DNA of 64,000 bases from an uncultured Sangeribacter sp. (GTDB taxonomy: Bacteria; Bacteroidota; Bacteroidia; Bacteroidales; Muribaculaceae), in the NCBI GenBank assembly GCA_964499025.1, contig CAZCJC010000009.1:3519-67518 (forward strand), in the 5' to 3' direction. Both the position numbers and the translations under genes were made by a program. Shown piece after piece: positions 55,580-64,000 of this stretch. Numbering within the stretch: position 1 is the stretch's first letter; every line of letters begins with the position of its first letter. The notes under the pieces were generated by a model, which saw only the letters and a program-made list of their open reading frames with translations, did not search any database and was not told where the DNA came from.

Positions 55580-58500
55580 TGCTATTAAAGCGTGTAATTA
55601 AAAATAGACAAATATATCTTCTTGGGGCAGTATTGATTTCAATACTGCTATACTCATTTACAGCCCGTTCGCAACAGCCTGTTCAGAAAACTGTGCCTGA
55701 AATCAAGCAAGCGAATCCATTAGTAAAGGGGGAATATCCGGCAGATCTAAAGACTCCTTCCAATATAAAAACCGAGGCTATTTATGATCCGGGGATTGGG
55801 ATGTTCGTGATACACACCAAACTTGGAGAGAAAGATATTGTGACCCCATTTCTGCTCACGCCGGAGGAATATGCTAAGTATGCCTTCCGACAGGATATGT
55901 TTGATTATTTTAATCAGCGAAATTCTGAATCCTTTGAAAAAAAGGATAAGCAGCCATTCAATATCTTCGATATGAATTTCTCATTGGGCCCACTTGAAAA
56001 GATCTTCGGCCCGGGAGGAGTGCGTCTCACCACACAAGGGTCTTTGCAGGTGTCGATGGGAATCAAGAGTAACAAGACTGATAATCCTTCGTTATCACTC
56101 AAGAACCGTAGAAAGACATATTTTGATTTTGACCAGAAGATACAGGCAACCATAAATGCCTCAGTCGGTGATAAGTTAAAATTCAACATGACTTACAACA
56201 CCGACGCAACATTTGATTTTGATTCAAAAAATATCAAACTGAACTATGAGGGAAAAGAGGATGAAATAATCAAGAGTATTGAGGCCGGTAATGTCAGTAT
56301 GACCACAGGGTCAAGCCTTATCAGGGGAGGAACAGCACTGTTCGGTCTTAAAACTAAACTTCAATTTGGAAAACTAACTCTTACCGGTCTTCTTTCGCAA
56401 CAGAATTCGGAGTCTCAGACAGTTTCAACTTCAGGGGGAGTTCAGACAACTAAATTCAGTATTAAGGCTGATGAATATGACGCGAACCGCCATTTCTTTC
56501 TCGCACAGTATTTCTACGACAATTACGACACTTTCGCTGCTCGTCTTCCTCATGTTTCATCCGGTATAAAGATCACAAGAATAGAGGTTTGGATCACTAA
56601 CAAAAACGGGAATTACAATGAGTCGCGAAATTTTGTGGGATTTATGGATCTGGCCGAAAGGGATAGGCTTGCCAACAATTATTGGCAGCCGAACCGATCT
56701 ATTCCCGTGCCGTGCAATCAAAGTAACAACCTCCTAAGTGTTATAAAGTCTGATTATCCGCTTGCCAGAAATATAAATCAGGTGACGCAGGCTCTTGAAC
56801 CGCTTCAGGCATACGGAATAGAGGGTGGTAAGGATTATGAGAAGGTTGAGAGTGCCCGACTACTTAATTCAAGCGAATATACTCTTAATTCGGAACTCGG
56901 TTACATAAGTTTGAAATCCGCACTTACTACAGATGAAGTTTTAGCGGTGGCTTATGAATATACCTATCAGGGTAAAGTTTATCAGGTAGGTGAATTTTCA
57001 AGTGACGTTACAACCACATCTGAATCGCTTTATCTCAAGATGCTTAGAAGCACGACTGTATCTCCAAAGTTGCCTATGTGGCGGCTCATGATGAAGAATG
57101 TCTATGCTTTGGGTGCTTATCAGCTCTCTAAAAACAAATTCAAACTCAATATTAAATTCCTTAGTGATACCACAGGAACAGAGATCAATTACCTTCCAGT
57201 TCAACCGATAGCTAACCAACCGTTGCTACAGGTAATGAACCTTGACCGCATAGATTCAAATCAGGAATCAAATTCTGATGGTTTCTTTGACTATATCGAA
57301 GGTTATACAGTTCAATCATCATCCGGCAAGATTATCTTCCCTGTTGCCGAACCATTTGGTGCTCATTTGGAACGGAAAATAGGGAATCCGGCCATAGCTT
57401 CTCAATACGTATATAAGGAATTGTATGATTCTACGCTCATAATTGCCAGACAGTTTGCAGATAAGAATAAATTCTCTCTTTCCGGCGAATATCAGGCTTC
57501 CAATGGAGCGCAGATCCGACTTAATGCCATGAATGTGCCGAGAGGTTCGGTTGTAGTAATGGCAGGAGGTGTTGTGCTAACTGAAAATAGCGATTATACT
57601 GTTGATTATTCAATGGGTATTGTAACTATTACGAATCAGAGTATAATAGATTCAGGCACAAATGTGAGTGTAACTCTCGAGAATCAGTCTATGTTCAGTA
57701 TGCAGAGAAAGACTTTGCTTGGACTTGATGCTCAATACCGATTCAATAAAGATTTCACACTTGGAGCCACATTGCTTCATTTTTCCGAAAAGGCACTTAC
57801 GGAAAAGGTAAATATCGGTGACGAGACCATAAACAACAGCATGTGGGGTATGAACTTATCCTATAACAAGGAATTTATGTGGCTTACAAATCTTTTGAAT
57901 AAGATTCCCACAGTAAATGCCACGGCCCCGTCAAGAATAAATGTGAATGCCGAATTTGCTCAACTCATACCCCATAAACAGAAAAGCGGTACTAACAAGG
58001 GCTCAAGCTATATCGATGATTTTGAAGCGACTCAGACTGGAATTGATTTGCGGTCGCCTTATTCATGGTTTCTGGCTTCGACTCCTTATGACGGAGGTTC
58101 TGATGCTTTATTCCCTGAAGCAAAGTTAAGTGATAACATTGATTATGGAAAGAACCGGGCTCTGTTGGCATGGTATTTTATCGACAGGCTTTGGACTCAG
58201 AAGAATTCATCCATTCTTCCGGGATATATGAAGAATGACCTTCATATGCTTTCGAATCCATATGTAAGGGAGATAAAGATTGATGAAATCTTCCCTTATC
58301 GTGATCTTGCCTATGGAGAGGCAAATTATATCCAGACCCTCAATCTGTCATATTATCCGACGGAGCGCGGACCCTATAATCTTGATTCGGATAACATTGA
58401 TGATTCAGGGAATCTCCTCAATCCGGAGAAGAGATGGGGTGGTATTATGAGAAAGATGGATAATACTAATTTCGACAGTAATAATGTCGAATATATCCAG

Positions 58501-61500
58501 TTTTGGATGATGGACCCATTTCTTGATCCTGAAAATCCGAATACAGAGGGTGGAGATCTCTATTTCAATTTCGGTGAGATAAGTGAGGATATCCTGAAGG
58601 ATGGAATGAAGAGCTATGAAAACGGTTTGCCGATCGATGGAAATAATTCTTTCATTACAGAGACTGTTTGGGGTAAAGTGTCACGGCAAAACTCCCTGAC
58701 ATATGCTTTTGAAAATGCAGAGAATGCCCGTCCGACTCAGGATGTGGGTTTAGACGGATTGAAGAATGATGAAGAATTCACGTTCCCGGCCTATAAGGAT
58801 TATCTTGACAAATTAAGGAGTAAGTTATCGGTATCTGCAGTTCAGGAGATGCAGGATAACCCGTTCTCGGCGATGAATGACCCGGCAGGAGATAATTATC
58901 ATTTTTTCAGAAGCGATTATTATGACAATACAAGGGCCGGTATACTTGAACGTTATAAGAGATACAATGGGGTAGAGGGAAACTCCCTCTCTCCGGAGCA
59001 GTCTCCAAATCCCATGTATCAGTCTTCACGTGCGGTGCCCGATGTTGAAGATATCAATCAGGACAATACCCTGAATGAATATGAGAGATATTACCAATAT
59101 AAGGTTTCGATTCGTCCTGAGGATCTTGAGGTAGGGAAGAACTACGTAACCGATAAAGTTGAGAGAGAAGTATCCACCAGAGAGGGGAAGCAGAGAGCTG
59201 TATGGTATCAGTTTAAGATTCCTTTAAATGATCCTGAAAAAGTGATCGGTGGGATAAATGATTTCTCTACAATCCGTTTTGCACGTATCTTCATGACAAA
59301 TTTTAAGGCGGTGACGCATCTGCGTTTCGCTACCCTCGAACTTGTAAGAGGAGAATGGCGTGATTATGCTTTCAACCTCAATAGCCGTAATGATTCTCCT
59401 GCTGAAGGTGAGATCGACATGACGGTAGTAAATATAGAGGAGAACTCAGGGCGTACTCCGGTCAATTATGTATTGCCTCCGGGTGTGGATCGAATCCAGG
59501 ATCCGGGTCAATCACAGGCAACGCAGCTCAATGAGCAATCTTTGTCCGTTACTGTGAAAGGTCTGCAACCAGGTGATGCACGCGGTATCTATAAGAATAC
59601 ACAGCGTGACATGCGTATCTACAAGCGTCTCCAGATGTGGATTCATGCAGAAGCATTGGTAGATAATGCCACAGCCTTGAAAAATGGTGATCTCTCGCTG
59701 TTCATTCGTCTTGGCTCTGACGTAAAGAATAATTATTACGAGTATGAGATTCCATTAGATCTGACAGCACCCGGCAATTATAATAACTACAACAGTGCTG
59801 ACCGAGCAAAAGTATGGCCCGCAGCAAACTATCTCAATATTCCTCTCGATATCTTCACTACCCTGAAAACTCAGAGAAATAGGGATAAGAGTGCCAATAT
59901 TGATGGGGTAGGTTATAGCATTCTATATTCTCAGCATGATCCTGAGAATGTCAAGAACACTGCATCGGTGCTTGGAAATCCGAGTCTGAGTGATGTGAGG
60001 GTTATGCTTATCGGAATCAGAAACCGGTCGAATAGTGTAAAGGATGGAAACGTCTGGGTTAATGAATTGCGAGTCACGGAGTTCAATGAGTCAGGTGGTT
60101 GGGCAGCTAATGCAAATGTAAATCTTTCTTTAAGTGACCTGGCTATGGTCAATTTCTCCGCCCACAAGGAGACGGCCGGTTTTGGATCTGTGGATCAAGC
60201 TCTTGCCCAAAGAAGATTGGAAGATTACGAACAGTATAATGTGGCTGTACAAGGTGACCTCGGAAAGTTCCTTCCCGAGAAGGCAAAACTCTCCGCGCCA
60301 ATCTACTTCTCCAAATCGCAGGAGACAGTTACACCAAAATATAATCCGCTGGATCAGGATATCCTCCTAAAAGAGGCATTGGATGCAGCCACCACAAAAC
60401 ATGAGAAAGATTCGATAAAGAATTATGCTGTGACAAAGAAAAGTGTGGAAAGTTTCTCGTTGTCAAGTTTGAGATTTAATGTTCAGAGTGAGAATCCGAT
60501 GCCATGGGATCCGGCAAACTTTCAGGTTTCATTTTCTTACAATAAGCAGAAGAATATGGATCCTACCACGGAATATGAAAATACTAACGATTATAGGGGT
60601 AGTTTCCAATATACGTATTCACCGCTGGTCAAACCGTTGAAGCCTTTCTCCTGGATAAAGGGGAAAAGCAAGACAGCGAAGTTCTTCCAGGACTGGGAAG
60701 TGAACTGGCTATTCAACAACCTGACATTCTACACCGGCATGAATCGTTATTATTACGAACAGCAGACGCGAAGTGAAGTTGATGTTGATTTCCAGCTTCC
60801 AGTCCAGGTAAGTAAGAATTTCGTTTGGGATCGCCAGCTGAGCATCACATGGAATCTCATAAAATCCTTGAGTCTCTCTTTCTCAAGTAATACCACAGCG
60901 AGAATAGAGGAGACTATTGGTGCGGTAAACAAACGCCTATTTGCGGATAAATATCAGCAGTGGAAAGATACAGTGCTTTCCTCCTTAAGCCATATGGGTA
61001 CGCCCTGGAATTATAACCAGACTTTCTCAGGTACTTATAGGACTCCCTTCAATAAGATTCCGGCACTTGATTATCTGACAGGAACCGTATCCTACAATTC
61101 GACATACCGATGGGATAAAGGTGCCACGGTAGATGGATTGTTCTTAGGCAACAGTATTCAGAATCAATCATCATGGAATGCTGATGCTCGGTTCAATTTT
61201 GAAACCCTATATAATAAATCAAAATATCTGCAAAAGATAAACAAACGTTTCTCCACTTCTACAAGTGCGAGAAATAATAATGCCAAGAATCAGCGTAAGC
61301 AGAGGGAGAAAAAGTTTGAGCGGGCAATTACACTGTCCCCTGATACGAGTACTCTGGTGAAACATAATCTTAAGACGAAGAAAATTCGTTTTGCAGCAGT
61401 GCAGGATGGTAATCCGAAGAAAATTAACTTCAAGGTTATAGATGAAAATACGGTTGAGATTCTTGATAGGGGCACAGGAAATCTGAAAGTCACCATCAGG

Positions 61501-62958
61501 GAGAATACTCAGGAGAAAAAGAATTTTGCATCTGAGATTGCCGAATATGGCTTAAGATTCCTTATGATGCCACGAAGCTTATCTTTCAGATGGAAAGAAA
61601 GCCATTCGATGAATCTTCCTCTTTTCACCCCTGATGTGGGTAATGTATTGGGTCAGTCGCTATCCCACGGCCCGATGTCGCCGGGTCTTGACTTCGCCTT
61701 CGGTTTCTATGACAGGGATTATGTGAATAAGGCACTCGACCGCGGGTGGCTGATAACATCAAGTGATCAGATCTCACCCGCACTCTGGACCAATAGCAAG
61801 GAATTCAATTTTGAATTGACGCTTGAACCGATCAGAGGATTGAAGATTTTGCTAACATCCAATCTGACAGATAGCAGAACAGAGCAGATACAATTCATGT
61901 ATGCCGGAATGCCGACGGCTTATTCGGGATCTTATGTGCGCACACATGTTGCAATCAAATCGGCGATGCGCAATTCAAAGGCTGAAAATGGATATTATTC
62001 TGATGCGTTTGCTAATTTCCTTGCATATATTCCCAGAGTTGCCTCCAGGGTGGAAGGAGAATATGCCGGAACAGTTTATCCTAAAACGGGCTTCCTTGAG
62101 GATAGCCCCTTAGGTGGGACAGTCTATAATCCGGAGATCGGTTCGGTGAGTGCCACAAGTTCAGATGTCTTGATTCCTGCATTCTTGGCAGCCTACAGCG
62201 GAACAAATCCAGAAAAGATATCCCTGAAACATTTTGAGGGTCTCGGAGCCATGCGGCCAAACTGGAAAATCACATATGATGGGTTGGTTAGACTTGGGAA
62301 TCTCAGCAAGTGGTTTAAGGCGTTTACGCTTACACATGCCTATCAATGTACATATTCAGTCGGTTCCTATTCAAGCTATATGAATTGGATAGGGGGAGCA
62401 AACGATAGGGGCTTCATCCTAAATGAGCAGACAGGTCAGCCTATCCCATCGTCACCATTCAATATAACCTCAGTGGCTATTACTGAGAAATTCGCGCCAC
62501 TGTTGGGTGTTAAACTCACTCTGTTCAATGACATGACTTTCAATGCTGAATACAGGGACGCAAGAACACTTAACCTGAATACTTCTGCGGGCCAGGTGGT
62601 TGAGACAACGAGTAAGCAACTCTCGATTGGAGCCGGATATAAGATAGCCAACTTTAATAAGATTATTAAGATTGGAAGTAAGCAGGGTGGAGTATCGAAT
62701 GATTTGTCGCTGAATCTTGATATAGCATTCTCTAACAATCAGTCGTTAATAAGAAGGATTGAGACTGCTTATACACAGGCAACCAATGGCACACAGACAT
62801 TCTCAATAAATTTCATGGCAAGTTATATATTGAGCAAGAGAATCACTCTGTCGGCATTTTTCGATCATCAGGTTAATACTCCGCTGGTTTCCAATTCGGC
62901 ATATCCCACTTCCAACTCCAATTATGGTATGGCAGTCAATGTGTCGTTGGCGAGATAG
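55579..62958 (+). CDS. sprA: Type IX secretion system translocon SprA/Sov
   Basis: 2459 aa; FDQKIQ, YEGKEDEIIKSIEAGNV, WGGIMR, TEDINQD-like EDINQDNTL, VWVNELR; follows ruvA. Confidence 0.93.
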   Translation: MLLKRVIKNRQIYLLGAVLISILLYSFTARSQQPVQKTVPEIKQANPLVKGEYPADLKTPSNIKTEAIYDPGIGMFVIHTKLGEKDIVTPFLLTPEEYAKYAFRQDMFDYFNQRNSESFEKKDKQPFNIFDMNFSLGPLEKIFGPGGVRLTTQGSLQVSMGIKSNKTDNPSLSLKNRRKTYFDFDQKIQATINASVGDKLKFNMTYNTDATFDFDSKNIKLNYEGKEDEIIKSIEAGNVSMTTGSSLIRGGTALFGLKTKLQFGKLTLTGLLSQQNSESQTVSTSGGVQTTKFSIKADEYDANRHFFLAQYFYDNYDTFAARLPHVSSGIKITRIEVWITNKNGNYNESRNFVGFMDLAERDRLANNYWQPNRSIPVPCNQSNNLLSVIKSDYPLARNINQVTQALEPLQAYGIEGGKDYEKVESARLLNSSEYTLNSELGYISLKSALTTDEVLAVAYEYTYQGKVYQVGEFSSDVTTTSESLYLKMLRSTTVSPKLPMWRLMMKNVYALGAYQLSKNKFKLNIKFLSDTTGTEINYLPVQPIANQPLLQVMNLDRIDSNQESNSDGFFDYIEGYTVQSSSGKIIFPVAEPFGAHLERKIGNPAIASQYVYKELYDSTLIIARQFADKNKFSLSGEYQASNGAQIRLNAMNVPRGSVVVMAGGVVLTENSDYTVDYSMGIVTITNQSIIDSGTNVSVTLENQSMFSMQRKTLLGLDAQYRFNKDFTLGATLLHFSEKALTEKVNIGDETINNSMWGMNLSYNKEFMWLTNLLNKIPTVNATAPSRINVNAEFAQLIPHKQKSGTNKGSSYIDDFEATQTGIDLRSPYSWFLASTPYDGGSDALFPEAKLSDNIDYGKNRALLAWYFIDRLWTQKNSSILPGYMKNDLHMLSNPYVREIKIDEIFPYRDLAYGEANYIQTLNLSYYPTERGPYNLDSDNIDDSGNLLNPEKRWGGIMRKMDNTNFDSNNVEYIQFWMMDPFLDPENPNTEGGDLYFNFGEISEDILKDGMKSYENGLPIDGNNSFITETVWGKVSRQNSLTYAFENAENARPTQDVGLDGLKNDEEFTFPAYKDYLDKLRSKLSVSAVQEMQDNPFSAMNDPAGDNYHFFRSDYYDNTRAGILERYKRYNGVEGNSLSPEQSPNPMYQSSRAVPDVEDINQDNTLNEYERYYQYKVSIRPEDLEVGKNYVTDKVEREVSTREGKQRAVWYQFKIPLNDPEKVIGGINDFSTIRFARIFMTNFKAVTHLRFATLELVRGEWRDYAFNLNSRNDSPAEGEIDMTVVNIEENSGRTPVNYVLPPGVDRIQDPGQSQATQLNEQSLSVTVKGLQPGDARGIYKNTQRDMRIYKRLQMWIHAEALVDNATALKNGDLSLFIRLGSDVKNNYYEYEIPLDLTAPGNYNNYNSADRAKVWPAANYLNIPLDIFTTLKTQRNRDKSANIDGVGYSILYSQHDPENVKNTASVLGNPSLSDVRVMLIGIRNRSNSVKDGNVWVNELRVTEFNESGGWAANANVNLSLSDLAMVNFSAHKETAGFGSVDQALAQRRLEDYEQYNVAVQGDLGKFLPEKAKLSAPIYFSKSQETVTPKYNPLDQDILLKEALDAATTKHEKDSIKNYAVTKKSVESFSLSSLRFNVQSENPMPWDPANFQVSFSYNKQKNMDPTTEYENTNDYRGSFQYTYSPLVKPLKPFSWIKGKSKTAKFFQDWEVNWLFNNLTFYTGMNRYYYEQQTRSEVDVDFQLPVQVSKNFVWDRQLSITWNLIKSLSLSFSSNTTARIEETIGAVNKRLFADKYQQWKDTVLSSLSHMGTPWNYNQTFSGTYRTPFNKIPALDYLTGTVSYNSTYRWDKGATVDGLFLGNSIQNQSSWNADARFNFETLYNKSKYLQKINKRFSTSTSARNNNAKNQRKQREKKFERAITLSPDTSTLVKHNLKTKKIRFAAVQDGNPKKINFKVIDENTVEILDRGTGNLKVTIRENTQEKKNFASEIAEYGLRFLMMPRSLSFRWKESHSMNLPLFTPDVGNVLGQSLSHGPMSPGLDFAFGFYDRDYVNKALDRGWLITSSDQISPALWTNSKEFNFELTLEPIRGLKILLTSNLTDSRTEQIQFMYAGMPTAYSGSYVRTHVAIKSAMRNSKAENGYYSDAFANFLAYIPRVASRVEGEYAGTVYPKTGFLEDSPLGGTVYNPEIGSVSATSSDVLIPAFLAAYSGTNPEKISLKHFEGLGAMRPNWKITYDGLVRLGNLSKWFKAFTLTHAYQCTYSVGSYSSYMNWIGGANDRGFILNEQTGQPIPSSPFNITSVAITEKFAPLLGVKLTLFNDMTFNAEYRDARTLNLNTSAGQVVETTSKQLSIGAGYKIANFNKIIKIGSKQGGVSNDLSLNLDIAFSNNQSLIRRIETAYTQATNGTQTFSINFMASYILSKRITLSAFFDHQVNTPLVSNSAYPTSNSNYGMAVNVSLAR

Positions 62959-63021
62959 CGTACTCATCCGGAAATTCAGCTGTGGTTATATGAGTTGAAA
63001 AGATTCAAAGTATTGTCTAAT

Positions 63022-64000
63022 ATGGATTGGATTAAAAGTATTCTTTTCGAGCATAGTGCGGTTCAGGCAGTGGTTGTAATCTCTATAATCATAGCCATAG
63101 GCCTTGCATTGGGGAAGATTCACGTCAAGGGAATCTCTCTTGGAGTTACCTGGGTGTTTTTTGCCGGGATTATGGCAGGTCATGTCGGATTGTCGATAGA
63201 TCCTGGTATGTTGAATTTTGCAGAGAGTTTCGGACTGATTCTTTTCATCTACGAATTGGGTCTTAAGGTTGGTCCCGGTTTCTTCAGTTCATTCAGGAAG
63301 GGTGGTATAACATTAAATATATTGGGTTTATCCACTGTGTTGCTTGGCACCGCTATTGCTATCGGTCTCACTTATCTATTCAGGATTCCAATGGCAGATA
63401 TGGTTGGAATCATCAGTGGAGCTACAACCAATACACCAGCTCTCGGCGCGGCGCAGCAGGCTTTGAAACAGGTTGGGGTGTCAGCAAGCGGGGCTGCATT
63501 GAGTTGCGCGGTGACTTATCCTCTCGGTGTTGTCGGGGTTATTCTGGCCATGATAGCGATGAGAAAATTTTTTGTTTCCAATTCAGATATTGCAGATAAA
63601 GAGGCCGGAGAGGATAATAACACATTTATCGCGACATTCAAGGTTAAGAACCCGGGAGTATACAATAAGAGCATAAAAGAGATCGCGTCATTGACTCCAA
63701 TTAAATTCGTGATATCGAGGTTATGGCGGGATGGGGAAGTAACAATCCCCACGGGAGAAACAATAGTTAGGGCCAATGACCGGTTGATGATTATAACGAC
63801 GGAAGCGGATGTGGAAAAACTGACGATTCTATTTGGCGAGCATGAGAGTCGCGACTGGAATACAGGAGATATAGACTGGAACAAAATCGACAGCAGTTTG
63901 ACATCCAAACATCTGATTATCTCCAAGCCGGAACTCAACGGGAAAAGGCTGGGCTCTCTCCGGCTTCGTAATAACTATGGCATTAACATCACGCGTGTCA
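63022..64000 (+). CDS. AspT/YidE/YbjL-family transporter (partial, runs off window)
   Basis: Read manually: MDWIKSILFEHSAVQAVVV...LGLKVGPGFF...SGATTNTPALGAAQQ; not in ORF track. Confidence 0.88.
   Translation, partial: MDWIKSILFEHSAVQAVVVISIIIAIGLALGKIHVKGISLGVTWVFFAGIMAGHVGLSIDPGMLNFAESFGLILFIYELGLKVGPGFFSSFRKGGITLNILGLSTVLLGTAIAIGLTYLFRIPMADMVGIISGATTNTPALGAAQQALKQVGVSASGAALSCAVTYPLGVVGVILAMIAMRKFFVSNSDIADKEAGEDNNTFIATFKVKNPGVYNKSIKEIASLTPIKFVISRLWRDGEVTIPTGETIVRANDRLMIITTEADVEKLTILFGEHESRDWNTGDIDWNKIDSSLTSKHLIISKPELNGKRLGSLRLRNNYGINITRV

Noticed and set aside
63516-63938. Minus-strand ORFs 62986-63183 and 63516-63938
   Set aside because: Shadows of the plus-strand AspT/YidE transporter starting at 63022.
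1-64000. Prophage, ICE, transposase, tRNA/rRNA, defence system or full SusC/SusD PUL
   Set aside because: No integrase, transposase, structural RNA signature, defence gene or TonB-dependent SusC/SusD pair was recognisable in the window.

Overview
64 kb of AT-rich Bacteroidales chromosome. Gene content, SprA/T9SS and TTTG-N20-TAnnTTTG promoters suggest a Muribaculaceae-like gut organism (inference). Contents in order: partial dsbD; an iorA-iorB-aminotransferase-CoA-transferase operon; a CDF transporter with an unannotated 33-aa upstream ORF; a GH35 beta-galactosidase divergent from a complete L-arabinose operon (araM-P-R-D-A-B); ddl-ileS-lspA-DUF4296; a DcaP-like porin; a GH43-GH97 fusion, GH51, fdtA and fdtB in one operon; DUF4250-CYTH; DUF5686; SprT; LysM protein; porin; cdsA; an RND efflux operon ending in a divergent lpxA paralog; ftsH-rsfS; GNAT-recR; ruvA-sprA; a partial AspT/YidE transporter. 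No tRNA/rRNA, CRISPR array, integrase or transposase was seen. The main unexplained signal is a dispersed family of about 183-197 bp non-coding elements: 8 full copies and 1 internally deleted copy between 18.4 and 54.7 kb. They have terminal inverted repeats and a conserved, covarying rod-like hairpin core that appears to fold best on one strand. Two inverted pairs bracket gene cassettes. A second notable layer is regulatory: a Cur(BT4338)-like palindrome and AraR-like operators with identical promoter geometry link the ara operon to the distant GH43-GH97/GH51/fdtAB operon.
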